A DNA stretch of 64,000 nt from contig JAAXUA010000002.1 in assembly GCA_013336275.1 (NCBI GenBank), positions 127,904-191,903 of the forward strand, in the 5' to 3' direction. Positions 39,288-49,718 of this stretch are shown piece by piece. Within the stretch, counting starts at the first letter, position 1, and every line of letters starts with the position of its first letter. The position numbers and the translations under genes were made by a program. Source of the DNA: Candidatus Falkowbacteria bacterium (GTDB taxonomy: Bacteria; Patescibacteriota; Patescibacteriia; Patescibacteriales; GWE2-39-37). The notes beneath the pieces were generated by a model. The model saw nothing but the letters and a program-made list of their open reading frames with translations, was not told where the DNA came from and did not search any database.

Positions 39288-40802
39288 ATGAAGATGCCCA
39301 AGGACAGGTTTTTCAGAAGGATGGAGGCGCAAGGCTTGGCCTTGTCTTATGGCGATGTCAGGATGCGGACCGGCTACTCCGAAGTATTGCCGTCCGATGT
39401 CCTAGTCAATTCGCTGTTTTCACGGAACGTCCCCCTCAACTGCCCGATCATCAGTTCGCCCATGGACACGGTCACCGAACGCAAGATGGCCATCCAGATG
39501 GCCAAGCTGGGCGGGCTCGGCATCATCCACAAAGGCCTGAATCCCAAGGATCAGGCCGCCGAAGTCGCCAGCGTCAAGTTCTATCTGAACGGACTGATCA
39601 AGAAGCCGATCTGCTTCCAAGAGGAGGCGACCATCGGCGAGATCGAACGCATCATGGAGGAGAAGGGGTACAAGGAACGTTTCCAGAGTTTCCCCATCCT
39701 TGATAGCGATGGCAAGCTGGTCGGACTCCTGACGCACAACGACTTCGAGTTCTGTCTGAATCCCGAGTTGACGGCCAGACAGGTGATGTCGCACGAGCTG
39801 ATCAAAGCGCAGCAAGGCATCGGCCTCGAGGAAGTCTTCCGCATGATGGTCGGAAACAAGAAGAAGGTGATACCCGTAGTCGACGGCGAGGGCCAAATCG
39901 CCGGCATGTATGTCTACAAGGACGTCAAGCGCATCATGACCGGAGGGGACCCGATCTATAATCTGGATCCCAACGGCAACCTGCGCGTCGGTGCAGCCAT
40001 CGGCGTAGGCGAAGAGGCCCTGCAACGGGCGGAGCTGCTTTACAACAAGGGGGTCGACGTGGTCGTAATCGATACGGCCCATGGCGACACTCTGGGAGCA
40101 GTCACCACCTTGAAGGAGCTGAAGCGCCTATATCCAGGCCTCGACGTAGTAGTCGGCAATATCTCCGAAGGAGAATCGGCCCGGCGCTTAGCCGAAGCCG
40201 GAGCTGACGGGCTGCGCATCGGACAAGGTCCGGGCTCGATCTGCACGACGCGGGTCGTGGCCGGTATCGGCTGTCCGCAAGTGACGGCGGTCTATAACTG
40301 CGCCAAGGCGGTCAGGGGCATACACGTGCCTGTTTGCGCCGACGGCGGGATCGAAGACACCGGCGATATAACCATAGCCATGGCGGCCGGCGCCCACTCG
40401 GTCATGCTCGGCAGCATGCTGGCGGGTACGGACCAGGCGCCTGGGGACATCATCCAGGTCAGCGGCATGCCCATGAAGCGCTATCGCGGCATGGGCTCGC
40501 TCGGCGCCATGCAATCGAGCATGGAGTCGCGCAAGCGCTATGGCCAAGGGATGAGCCTCAAAGACAAACTGGTGCCTGAAGGCGTCGAAGGCGTCGTGCC
40601 ATACAAGGGCGACGTCGAAAAGGTCATCGTCCAGTGTCTCGGAGGCCTGCGCGCCGGCATGGGTTATTGCGGCGCCAGAAACGTCGAAGAGCTCCAGGAG
40701 AAGGCTGATTTCCACCGCATCTCCGGGTCGGGTCTCAAAGAGTCCCATCCGCATGGCATCATCATCACTGAAGAAGCGCCCAACTATAAGCAGCAGCGTT
40801 AA
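39288..40802 (+). CDS. guaB: IMP dehydrogenase
   Basis: [12 protein letters not shown] pair, [32 protein letters not shown]; AAAGGAG RBS. Confidence 0.97.
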   Translation: MKMPKDRFFRRMEAQGLALSYGDVRMRTGYSEVLPSDVLVNSLFSRNVPLNCPIISSPMDTVTERKMAIQMAKLGGLGIIHKGLNPKDQAAEVASVKFYLNGLIKKPICFQEEATIGEIERIMEEKGYKERFQSFPILDSDGKLVGLLTHNDFEFCLNPELTARQVMSHELIKAQQGIGLEEVFRMMVGNKKKVIPVVDGEGQIAGMYVYKDVKRIMTGGDPIYNLDPNGNLRVGAAIGVGEEALQRAELLYNKGVDVVVIDTAHGDTLGAVTTLKELKRLYPGLDVVVGNISEGESARRLAEAGADGLRIGQGPGSICTTRVVAGIGCPQVTAVYNCAKAVRGIHVPVCADGGIEDTGDITIAMAAGAHSVMLGSMLAGTDQAPGDIIQVSGMPMKRYRGMGSLGAMQSSMESRKRYGQGMSLKDKLVPEGVEGVVPYKGDVEKVIVQCLGGLRAGMGYCGARNVEELQEKADFHRISGSGLKESHPHGIIITEEAPNYKQQR

Positions 40803-40826
40803 AATCAAGGACAAGGAGGCAGAATA

Positions 40827-42323
40827 ATGAACAAACTGGAAAGAATGTTGCAAGGGGTGAATACGGCAGCGGTAATCTGCAGCCAGTGGGGCGACACCGG
40901 CAAAGGGAAGATCGTCGATCTTCTGGCCGAGTGGGCCGATGTCATAGCACGCGGCACCGGCGCCGACAATGCCGGGCACACGATCTGGGTGCAAGGCAAG
41001 AAGTATGTCATGCACCTCATCCCGTCGGGCATCCTGCACGACGGTGAGGGCAAGATCAATATCATCGGCAGCGGCGTAGCGGTCAATCCCCGAGTAGTTC
41101 TCGAGGAGATGGCTATGATCAGCGAAGCTGGCTTGTCCTATGATCATCTGATGATCGCTTTGAATGCCAAGCTGATCCTGCCGCAGCACATCCTGCTTGA
41201 TCGCTTGCGCGAGAGCAAGACTGGCAAGATCGGCACGACCGGACGCGGCGTCGGACCGGTCTACGCCGATCATTACGCCAGGATGGGGCTGATCGTCAAC
41301 GACATGCTGAATCCCGCCTCTTTCCGCGAGAAGTTCAAGCGGAATCTTCGGGAAAAGATGGTCCTGCTCAAGGAGTATGATCCGGTGCTCATCCAGGAAC
41401 TGATGCATCATGAACATCTGGAAAAAGGGCTTTTCTTTTCGGACGGCATCGGAATTTTTGATGTTGATGCCATTGTCGAGCGTTACGTCGAGTACGGGCG
41501 CTTGCTGAGAGACCTGATCAGCGATACCGATACGCTGCTGAAGCGTATCGTCGGCACAAAGAAGGTTTTGCTTGAGGGAGCCCAAGGAACGATGCTCTCG
41601 GTGGACCACGGAAGCTATCCCTACGTCACCTCATCCGATTGCACCGACCAGGGTTTGGCCCATGGTGTCGGCTTGAAGGACAAGCACATCGACTTGGTGC
41701 TGAACATCGCCAAGGCGTGTTACATGACGCGCGTCGGCGGCGGACCGTTCCCGACCGAAATCGGCGGCCATGCCTCGGCTGACTGGTGCGCCGAAAGCGG
41801 AGTTAACAGAAGGATAGAAAAGGACAATTATCCGTTCGCCACCGTTAATTCGCAGCAAGGCTTCTTGCAGGGAATCGCCATCAGGATGGCGGGTGATGAA
41901 TACGGAGCTACCACCGGCCGTCCACGGCGGGTGGGCTGGCTCGACCTTCCGGTGCTGCGCTATGCCACGAGGCAATGCGGCAGAGACGTGATCCTGACCA
42001 AGCTGGATGTTCTCTCTGGCTGTGAGACGATCAAGATCTGTTCGCATTATCAATATGTCGGCGAGCCCTTTAACTACGGCGCCGACACCATCGACACGGG
42101 TTATGAGGTCAAGGTGGCTATTCCGTTCGCTGAAGTTATGGATAAGTGCGAGCCGGTCTATGCCGAGTTTCCTGGCTGGTGCTGCGATATTAGCGCCATC
42201 AGGGAATATGACGAACTTCCAATCGCCCTCAAGGAGATTGTCGCGTTCATCGAGAAGCAAACCGACGTTCGTGTCAGGATCATCTCGGTAGGCGCCGATC
42301 GCGATGCTACGATCATTCTGTAA
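40827..42323 (+). CDS. purA: Adenylosuccinate synthetase
   Basis: QWGDTGKGK, NAGHT, EGAQG, YPYVTSS, TRVGGGPFPTE, GATTGRPRR, TKLD. Confidence 0.96.
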   Translation: MNKLERMLQGVNTAAVICSQWGDTGKGKIVDLLAEWADVIARGTGADNAGHTIWVQGKKYVMHLIPSGILHDGEGKINIIGSGVAVNPRVVLEEMAMISEAGLSYDHLMIALNAKLILPQHILLDRLRESKTGKIGTTGRGVGPVYADHYARMGLIVNDMLNPASFREKFKRNLREKMVLLKEYDPVLIQELMHHEHLEKGLFFSDGIGIFDVDAIVERYVEYGRLLRDLISDTDTLLKRIVGTKKVLLEGAQGTMLSVDHGSYPYVTSSDCTDQGLAHGVGLKDKHIDLVLNIAKACYMTRVGGGPFPTEIGGHASADWCAESGVNRRIEKDNYPFATVNSQQGFLQGIAIRMAGDEYGATTGRPRRVGWLDLPVLRYATRQCGRDVILTKLDVLSGCETIKICSHYQYVGEPFNYGADTIDTGYEVKVAIPFAEVMDKCEPVYAEFPGWCCDISAIREYDELPIALKEIVAFIEKQTDVRVRIISVGADRDATIIL

Positions 42324-42354
42324 CTGCTCTTTCAACCCATACTGCTAATGCAGT

Positions 42355-42435
42355 GCCGCTGAGTCTGACTCGGCGGCTTTTTTTATCCGAAAATTGGCCA
42401 GTAAAAAAAACCGCCCGGTTACTCGGGCGGTTTTT
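42355..42435. terminator. Two back-to-back terminators between convergent genes
   Basis: gccgctgagt..actcggcggc-T7 and A8-ccgcccg..cgggcgg-T run. Confidence 0.8.
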
Positions 42436-42931
42436 AAGCGAGAGGTAGGCCTGGCAGGGTGTCAACGAATTTTCTTAGAATCGGACTATACGCCCAATTG
42501 GGCTCTGGGCCGAAATAATTCGGCGTTCCGCCTGGTGCCGGCATCGCGGCCAATTTAACAGCCGCGCTCGTTTGCGGCGCGGCCACGCCTAGCTTGACGG
42601 AAGGCGCGATATTTTTTGCCGAAGATTTAACGGGTTTGCCCTGTTTTTTTTGTCTTTCGGCAGCAGAGCGTTTTGCAGCAGCTTCTCGCTGGGCCGCGGT
42701 GATGCGATTTTTTCTTTTTTGCTGGATGGCAGCAGCATCGTGGCTCTTTATTTTCGGTCCTTTAGAGCTGGCCGTGTTCGCTGAGCTGATCGGAACGACA
42801 AGCATGCTTGTCAGCAAAGCTAATGTTAAAAAAACGGGAGTTATAGTCCTGATCGATTTACGAATATTTTTATTAAAAAATAATCCGTTCGATTCAGACC
42901 TTTTAAAAAGAGTTTTAAATTGCGTTTTCAT
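42434..42931 (-). pseudogene. Truncated N-terminus of a large secreted multicopper-oxidase-like protein
   Basis: Signal peptide, then PGGTPNYFGPEPNWAYSPILRKFVDTLPGL, then an immediate stop; no Cu motifs. Confidence 0.6.
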
Positions 42932-43177
42932 ATGTTTATTAAAGTTAGAGCTTGTTAGCGGCTTGCCCCGTTACGTTGTCGACTCAACGAAGTCGGGCAT
43001 TCGTGAAATACGAGCTTGCTTAGATTTTATTCGGTCACTATAAATGCCAATTATTAGGCAATTATTAAGAATAAGATTAAATTGTTACTGACAGTAGCGG
43101 CTCTTCTAATATTTATATCTGTGCTGTTAGCGTTGCCATATTCTTCAGCTTTTGGTATGGTTAAAAGTGATATTTTT

Positions 43178-44407
43178 ATGAATAAAACAATTTATAAATA
43201 CATAATTTTAGCGTTTTTAGCCTTGATTTTTGCCTTTTTATTTTTCAATCTGCGCAACAAGCATGTAACGCAGAATGGAACAGATTCTAAAATGACGGTC
43301 GGTCAGGCCGTCAATGCAGATGAAGCTAAAAAGGATGAAAAAATGACCGAGGTGGAAGTTGAGGAGGGCGACGTTTTCAACAAGATCGGTGCCAGGGGCG
43401 GATTGGATGCGTCAGCCTGCTACGCGATTTATGACGACGTCAAAGAGGTCTATGACTTGGCCAAGTTGCGAGTCGGCAACAAACTTTATTTTTACTCTGA
43501 TAATAACGGATCGATCAATAAGCTGATGTACGCTGTCGATAATGACCGAGAGCTTTTCATCGAGAAGGGTGCTGATGGGCGATGGTCGGGCAAGATGCAG
43601 AACATCGTTTATGAAGTGCGGGAAAAAACCGTCGAAGGGACGATCGACTCTTCGCTTTACGAATCGGCCATGGCGGCCGGTGCTGATGAGCGAGCCGTGT
43701 TGCAATTCGCCGAAGGACTGGAGTGGAGCATTGATTTCGCGAATGACCCCCGTGTCGGCGATAAGTATAAGTTCGTTTATGAGGAGCGCTATCGCGATGG
43801 CCGCTTCGTTATGCCCGGCAAAGTCTTAGCCGGTGCCTACCTTAACGGTGACAAGCTCTACCAGACATTTTATTTTGAAGAATCGGAAGATAATAAAGGC
43901 TACTTCGACGAGAATGGCAATTCGGTGCAAAAGATGTTCCTGAAGGCGCCGCTAGCTTTCAAATATATTTCTTCGCCGTTCACTACTGGGCGCCGCTACG
44001 TCGAAGCTTTCAGCGTCTCGACCAAGCATCGGGCTATCGATTATGCCGCTGCGCAGGGAACGCCGATCAGGGCGATCGGCGACGGCACCGTAACCCATGC
44101 GGGCTGGGCCGCCGGCTATGGCAATTTTACCTCGATCAACCATAACAGTACCTATTCGACCAATTATGGGCATCAGTCGAAAATTATCGTCAAGCGCGGG
44201 CAGCGAGTGCGCCAGGGCGAGGTGATCGGCTATGTCGGTTCGACCGGCTTCTCCACCGGGCCCCATCTGCATTTCGAGATGGAAAAGAATGGCGTCAAGG
44301 TCAATCCGGCTAATGAGATCGTTCCTCCAGGAAGGCCGATCGGCGACTCTAGGAAAGCCGATTTCACAAAGGCTATCGACCAGTTGAAAGAGAAGATCAA
44401 GATCTGA
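43178..44407 (+). CDS. M23 peptidoglycan endopeptidase (MepM-like)
   Basis: N-terminal TM; HRAIDY, YGH, STGFSTGPHLHFE. Confidence 0.93.
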   Translation: MNKTIYKYIILAFLALIFAFLFFNLRNKHVTQNGTDSKMTVGQAVNADEAKKDEKMTEVEVEEGDVFNKIGARGGLDASACYAIYDDVKEVYDLAKLRVGNKLYFYSDNNGSINKLMYAVDNDRELFIEKGADGRWSGKMQNIVYEVREKTVEGTIDSSLYESAMAAGADERAVLQFAEGLEWSIDFANDPRVGDKYKFVYEERYRDGRFVMPGKVLAGAYLNGDKLYQTFYFEESEDNKGYFDENGNSVQKMFLKAPLAFKYISSPFTTGRRYVEAFSVSTKHRAIDYAAAQGTPIRAIGDGTVTHAGWAAGYGNFTSINHNSTYSTNYGHQSKIIVKRGQRVRQGEVIGYVGSTGFSTGPHLHFEMEKNGVKVNPANEIVPPGRPIGDSRKADFTKAIDQLKEKIKI

Positions 44408-44419
44408 CTATAGTACAGG

Positions 44420-44455
44420 AAAAACAGGCCCTCCGACGGAGCGGCCTGTTTTTTT
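44420..44455 (+). terminator. Intrinsic terminator
   Basis: aaaaacaggcc...ggcctgttttttt. Confidence 0.8.
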
Positions 44456-44776
44456 GTTTCTTAGGCACGGCGGTTTCTTTGGAGATTTTAATCTTTGCTT
44501 AATGACTGGCGACTATGATATGGATAATAAGCTGCGAATCGAGCAGTGTTTCCAGATACCATATGAAATTCGCTATTTCCAGGGTCCGATTGCCCAAAAA
44601 CAACATGGATTGGTGCCACCGGGCTCCGTCCAAAAGCAGAAACGAGGACGCCACGTCCGGTGTTTTTATTTTGAAGGTTTTTTATGTCCGGACTCACGAA
44701 GACCGCAGCAGAAGGACTACCAACATCCAGCGATCAGGGAAGTCTCTGGGGAAAATACTTAAGCCGATGCAAACAT

Positions 44777-45007
44777 ATGCGCATTTCTGAGCCAGCAATT
44801 GAAAGGAAAGAAGACGGCGGACAGCCGGTGATTTTTGACGATGAGTCGGAGTACGATGCAGCGATGTTCGAGTTCTTCAAGTCCAACCGCAAGCAAACTG
44901 CGGTTTCCGACCTTGGCATGCAAGAGGGAGAGTCTCGGATCAATCCGTTGGCCGATTTTCTTCGAGTCGCCGGTTCCCACATCAAAAGGCTCTTCGGCAG
45001 GACTTGA
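44777..45007 (+). CDS. Possible small hypothetical protein
   Basis: aaacatATG start context like neighbouring genes; 76 aa; no recognised motif. Confidence 0.45.
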   Translation: MRISEPAIERKEDGGQPVIFDDESEYDAAMFEFFKSNRKQTAVSDLGMQEGESRINPLADFLRVAGSHIKRLFGRT

Positions 45008-45102
45008 CAGGTGGTTTTTTTAATAAATATTTAATGTACCAATATTACAATAGAATTGATATAATGTGGATAAGGAGGGCATTAACTATTAGAAGAAACC
45101 AT

Positions 45103-46776
45103 ATGAAAAGGTATTTGAGCAATTTATTGGTCTTGCTTCTGCTGCTCAATTTTGCCGCTTTGCCAGCCAGCGTTTTTGCCGCTCCACGTTTCGATCACAG
45201 CCGATTTACCGTTTCCCGGGGGTGGACCAACGGCAGTGACGAACACTGGCACATCATCCCGACTGGCGAAAGGACCGAATTCGTCCTCGGAGATAAGGTC
45301 CAGTTCTTCGCCCAGGTCGGTCCCATAAACTACCAGCATCAGTGGCGCTTGGTCCTTTACCGGAACAATAGCCAATACCGGATCGAAACTAACCCTCGTT
45401 TTTATCCGGATTATTATTATGGCTGGAATTATTCGAACTTCGTGCCCTATATGACCGACTTGCCGGTCGGCGAATACCGGGCGCACTATCAGCTGGATTC
45501 AGGGGCGGGGTTCGAAAGCTTGGCTAACGTCAACTTCAGGGTCGTTTCAAGGAGTACCGTTCCTGACAGATATCCGGATAACAGGTACACGATGATCAGA
45601 GCAGTAGTTGCCTCCGGCTGGCAGAACGGGAGCAGCGACCATTGGAATATACAGCCGACCGGGCAAAAAACGTCCTTCAGGCAGGGTGAAACCGTGTATC
45701 TCGTGTCCCAGCTGAAGGATGTCAAAGCCGACCATCGTTACAGGATCGAGCTTTACCGGACTGACGGTCCGAGAAACAGGGTTTTTGAAAACATTACGCC
45801 CTGGAATCGCGTGGGCCGCGGATGGACTTACAGCAATTACCAGCCATATTACAGCAATGCCGAAGTCGGCAATTACGAATTCAGGCTATCGATCGATACG
45901 GGCAGCGGTTGGCGCAGCATGGCAGTCAGGCCGTTCAAAGTGACTAACCAGCGCGATAATAGCACCCGACAGCCTTATTACTACGATCGCACCACCGTCT
46001 CTCGCGGCTGGCAGAATGGTTCTGGCTCGGAGTATTGGAATATACGGCCGGTCGACCCACGCTCCAGTTTCAATTATGGAGACGATATCTTTGCCGTCTC
46101 GACCGTACGGAACATCGTTGATGACTACCAGTGGAAGGCCGAGCTGTATCGCAACGGCCAGCTGGTTTGGCAGGATTCCACTCCTTGGCGCGACGTCGGC
46201 ATGGGGCACGCTTTCGGCAGTTATTATCCGAGATACGACAACGCCATGCCAGGAAATTATGAATGGCGCATCTATCTGAACACCGGCTCGGGCTTCAAGC
46301 TTCTTGATACCAAGAATTTCACTGTCTCCGACAACTGGCGCGGACCCGATTGCAACAGCAGCAATAATTATTGCAACTACGATTGCCGCTACTACAATAG
46401 CTGCAATAGCGCCAAATGGAGCTATAACGGGGCCACGGTCGCCGAGAATTGGACCACCTATGGCGGCGACCAGCGCAACTTGCAAGCGGTCAATCCGCGC
46501 AATAGCTTCAACCGAGGCGCCACGGTCTATATCGTGGCCCAAGCCAGGGATGTCAAAGTCGACCATCGCTGGGCCATCGAGACCTATCGCAATAACTCCT
46601 TGCTGTGGACTTTCACCACTCCTTGGAATAGGCTGCGCAACACCACCTGGCCTTACAGCAGTGTCGTGACCAGCAGCTACAACTCGGACTACGGCAGCTA
46701 CGAATTCAGGGTCTTCTTCGATGAAGGGTCTGGCTTCCGGCAAGTCGATAGCAAGTATTTCTATGTCAATTATTAA
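45103..46776 (+). CDS. Secreted protein with four aromatic-rich beta-sandwich-like repeats
   Basis: Signal peptide ending VFA; four repeats of TV..GW..G...W.I.P....F..G..V...G.YE.R..D.G.G. Confidence 0.85.
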   Translation: MKRYLSNLLVLLLLLNFAALPASVFAAPRFDHSRFTVSRGWTNGSDEHWHIIPTGERTEFVLGDKVQFFAQVGPINYQHQWRLVLYRNNSQYRIETNPRFYPDYYYGWNYSNFVPYMTDLPVGEYRAHYQLDSGAGFESLANVNFRVVSRSTVPDRYPDNRYTMIRAVVASGWQNGSSDHWNIQPTGQKTSFRQGETVYLVSQLKDVKADHRYRIELYRTDGPRNRVFENITPWNRVGRGWTYSNYQPYYSNAEVGNYEFRLSIDTGSGWRSMAVRPFKVTNQRDNSTRQPYYYDRTTVSRGWQNGSGSEYWNIRPVDPRSSFNYGDDIFAVSTVRNIVDDYQWKAELYRNGQLVWQDSTPWRDVGMGHAFGSYYPRYDNAMPGNYEWRIYLNTGSGFKLLDTKNFTVSDNWRGPDCNSSNNYCNYDCRYYNSCNSAKWSYNGATVAENWTTYGGDQRNLQAVNPRNSFNRGATVYIVAQARDVKVDHRWAIETYRNNSLLWTFTTPWNRLRNTTWPYSSVVTSSYNSDYGSYEFRVFFDEGSGFRQVDSKYFYVNY

Positions 46777-46783
46777 ATCATTG

Positions 46784-46813
46784 GAAGGGCCCCTCAGAAG
46801 GGGCTCTTTTTTT
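46784..46813 (+). terminator. Intrinsic terminator
   Basis: gaagggcccct-caga-aggggctc-T run. Confidence 0.75.
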
Positions 46814-46860
46814 GCGTCAGCCATTTTTTTGTTATAGCTGTTTGTGGTATAATAATAGCT

Positions 46861-49275
46861 GTGAACAACAAAACGCCAAAATCATCAAAGGCCAAAAAGA
46901 CGCTAAAGTCTCATGGACCTGAACGCCATTCGTGGCTGAAGAAATTCAGTATCGCTGGCGAAGATTTTACTATAAATTTCAGCTTTAAGCAGAAGCCGCC
47001 CAAGGAGGCCAATAAGAGCTACCTCTTCAAGCATCGCAAGGAAATCAAAGGCGGCCTGGCATATGGAGGACAAGCTTTTGCGGCGGTAGTCCTGTTGACC
47101 GTAATAGTCAGCATGCTGTCATGGTCGGCCCTGATTTGGAACAAATCGGTGCAAGATCGATACCGGCCGATACAGCTTTTGCGGTCGACTTTGGGCAACT
47201 TCGGCCAGCTGGCCATGGATACCATCTCCGGTCAGAACGACGCTAGCGCCTCATCGACCTCGCCTTCGATTTTTTCCTTGATTGCCGAGGGGGTGAAGAA
47301 GGAGATCGGCAGTCTGGCTTCGGGGGTGAAGAAACAGATTACCAAGATAAGCCCTCCTAAAAACGAAACCAAAGTCCCCGTAAGTCCGCCGCCGGCTGCT
47401 CCAGTCGCCTCGAGCGCGCCGATTGCGGTCGCGCCTGTAAAAATCGAGCCGCCAACACCGGTAAAGAAAGCGGTGCCGACCACGACACCGGTGGTCAAGA
47501 AACCTGAACCGGTGAAGACGGTGGTGCCGACCACGACACCGGTGGTCAAGGCAACGACTACGCCGGCCACCACCACGACACCGGTGGTCAAGGCGCCGGA
47601 ACCGGAACAGCAGCAGACGGTCGTGAAATATGTCATCAACGAAGCGCCGGTTTACCCGGAAACCTCTATAACGGCCTCGCCTGCATCATTAACTAGCTCA
47701 ACCGCAGCCACCTTCGCCTACTCATCCAATAAATCAGTCGTGGTTTATGAGTACAAGCTGGATAACGGAACGTGGATTTCTGCCGGCAATACGGTTTCGC
47801 TCTCGGGGTTATCGGAGGGGAATCATGTCTTTATGGCCAGAAGCACGGATTCAGTCGGCCCTGACCCGACGCCGGTCCAATACGATTGGCGGATCGACCT
47901 GACGCCGCCAGCCATCGTTTTCGTTTCCGCTCCCGCCAGCTCCACCAACCAGACAACAGCCGCTTTCGAATTCGGGGCCAACGAATTGGCGACTTATCAC
48001 TATAAGCTTGATTCGGAGGCCTGGCAGCAATCCGTCGGTGCGACGACAAGCTTCAGCGGCTTATCTGAGGGCTTTCACGAGTTATCAGCATACGGTGTCG
48101 ATACGCTCGGTTTCCAGGGGGCGACAATTGAAGCGAATTGGCTTGTCGACCTCTTGCCGCCTACGGCCTATCTCAACGAGGTGCCGCAAACGACGAGCCT
48201 GGAAGATTATTCGGTCAACGGTTTGAATGTCAGCTTCGGCGGTTCGGACCAGAACATGCCTAATGGCAGCGGCATTTTCAGCTACGATGTGGAGTACGCA
48301 ATCGACGGAGGGGCCTGGCAGCAGTGGAATCAAGCCTTGGAGCAGGATTACGCAGTTTTCGGCCAGCAGATGTCCGAGAATCAGGTCGTTAACTTCCGAG
48401 TTCGAGCTCACGACGGTGCAGGCAATCTCGGCGACTGGGGCGACACCAGCCAGACCAGGTTCGCCAGCACCAGGCCAAGCAACCTGGTCTTGAGCGAGGT
48501 GCAGATCACCGGAGACAGCGCGACAGACGAGTTCATCGAGCTATACAACCCGACAGACGATGCCATTACTTTGGATACGTCGGTATTCGTCCTTTCTTTC
48601 AAAAATTCTGCGGGCAACGAAACCATCCTGGTCGATGACTTCATGAACATGCAGATCGATGCCCACGGCTATGTCTTGGTGGCATCCGCCGATTACAGCG
48701 GCGGGGCGACGCCAGACATCAGCTATCCGCCAACAAGCGAAGTTCCTGCCAACGCCACTGTTATCATCAGCCAATCAGGCCAAGCCATCGACAGGCTGGG
48801 TTTCGGTACGGCCCAGGAATTCGAACTAGAACCATTCGCCGACAACCCCGGACCATACGAAAGCTTGGAGCGCAAAGCTGCTGGAACCTCTACTGCCGGC
48901 ACTATGGTCAATGGCGCAACGCACCATCTTTCCGGCAACGGCTACGACAGCAATAGCAACGCTGAAGATTTCGTCTTGAAAATACAATCAGAGCCGCAGA
49001 ACGTCGATAGCGGCACCGAGCTGGCTTATGGGTCTGGTATCGATTTCAGATTCGCCATGTCGGGCGCAGCCTCGTTCTTTGGCGGCGTTTGGTTCAGCCT
49101 GGCGAAGAGCTGGATCAATCCAGCCCGTCTCGAATCGCTCAACGGATTTATCGATAACGCGATCAATGACCTGGTTTCGGAAGTCGTCGCGGCCCAGCTC
49201 GTGTTCGATAGTTTTGATTACCAATGGCAAGATTTTTCTACACGCCTGGTTAGAGGAATAATCAATAAAACCTAA
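46861..49275 (+). CDS. Membrane-anchored protein with Ig-like/FN3 repeats and a lamin-tail domain
   Basis: TM; PT-rich linker; YKLD..W...GLSEG.H repeats; LVLSEV...DEFIELYNPT. Confidence 0.85.
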   Translation: MNNKTPKSSKAKKTLKSHGPERHSWLKKFSIAGEDFTINFSFKQKPPKEANKSYLFKHRKEIKGGLAYGGQAFAAVVLLTVIVSMLSWSALIWNKSVQDRYRPIQLLRSTLGNFGQLAMDTISGQNDASASSTSPSIFSLIAEGVKKEIGSLASGVKKQITKISPPKNETKVPVSPPPAAPVASSAPIAVAPVKIEPPTPVKKAVPTTTPVVKKPEPVKTVVPTTTPVVKATTTPATTTTPVVKAPEPEQQQTVVKYVINEAPVYPETSITASPASLTSSTAATFAYSSNKSVVVYEYKLDNGTWISAGNTVSLSGLSEGNHVFMARSTDSVGPDPTPVQYDWRIDLTPPAIVFVSAPASSTNQTTAAFEFGANELATYHYKLDSEAWQQSVGATTSFSGLSEGFHELSAYGVDTLGFQGATIEANWLVDLLPPTAYLNEVPQTTSLEDYSVNGLNVSFGGSDQNMPNGSGIFSYDVEYAIDGGAWQQWNQALEQDYAVFGQQMSENQVVNFRVRAHDGAGNLGDWGDTSQTRFASTRPSNLVLSEVQITGDSATDEFIELYNPTDDAITLDTSVFVLSFKNSAGNETILVDDFMNMQIDAHGYVLVASADYSGGATPDISYPPTSEVPANATVIISQSGQAIDRLGFGTAQEFELEPFADNPGPYESLERKAAGTSTAGTMVNGATHHLSGNGYDSNSNAEDFVLKIQSEPQNVDSGTELAYGSGIDFRFAMSGAASFFGGVWFSLAKSWINPARLESLNGFIDNAINDLVSEVVAAQLVFDSFDYQWQDFSTRLVRGIINKT
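47472..47593 (+). repeat. Three accacgacaccggtggtcaag repeats (TTTPVVK)
   Basis: Copies within 47472-47499, 47523-47550 and 47572-47593. Confidence 0.85.
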
Positions 49276-49278
49276 AAT

Positions 49279-49713
49279 ATGCACCACTTGGATGATGAGA
49301 TAATGTATTATATGGCTAAGTGCCACGAAGAGCTTGACCGATTGATCGGACAGGTCGGCGAGGCTGATGGCGACGAGATGCGTCTCGAATTGTTCGGCCG
49401 GTTCAAGGCGAAACTGGAGCAGCACATGCTGACCGAGGAGAGATCGATATTCAGCCTAGATGACCTAGCCGAGGGCTCGATGGTCGATGCGACGAGGCGT
49501 CTATACAAGGATCACATAAAGATAAAGGCGCAGGTGGCGGAAATCGAGGCTTCCATCAGGAGCGGGGGTTCGGTCAAGCTCACAGATTTCATCCAGACCA
49601 TTTTCGGCCACCATAAGCTCGAAGACGAGACCCTTTATCCATATCTTGACCATCACTTGGCACCAGAGCGCAAACGGGAGTTGCTGGCGGAAGTGAGGAC
49701 TAATTTGGATTAG
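49279..49713 (+). CDS. Hemerythrin (HHE) domain protein
   Basis: H; HMLTEE; DH; HHKLEDETLYP. Confidence 0.85.
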   Translation: MHHLDDEIMYYMAKCHEELDRLIGQVGEADGDEMRLELFGRFKAKLEQHMLTEERSIFSLDDLAEGSMVDATRRLYKDHIKIKAQVAEIEASIRSGGSVKLTDFIQTIFGHHKLEDETLYPYLDHHLAPERKRELLAEVRTNLD

Positions 49714-49718
49714 ATAAT

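Noticed and set aside
40827-42323. PurZ (2-aminoadenine pathway) because of the GxTGKG motif
   Set aside because: The catalytic Asp is kept (GDTGKG, not GSTGKG), GATTGRPRR is PurA-like, and the context is guaB with no phage genes
44454-44790. Overlapping short ORFs or a structured RNA after the M23 gene
   Set aside because: Several competing frames, no motif or RBS, only short stems; no call can be supported
45103-46776. Diversity-generating retroelement target (AAC/TAC-rich gene)
   Set aside because: No template/variable repeat pair differing at adenines, and no reverse transcriptase seen
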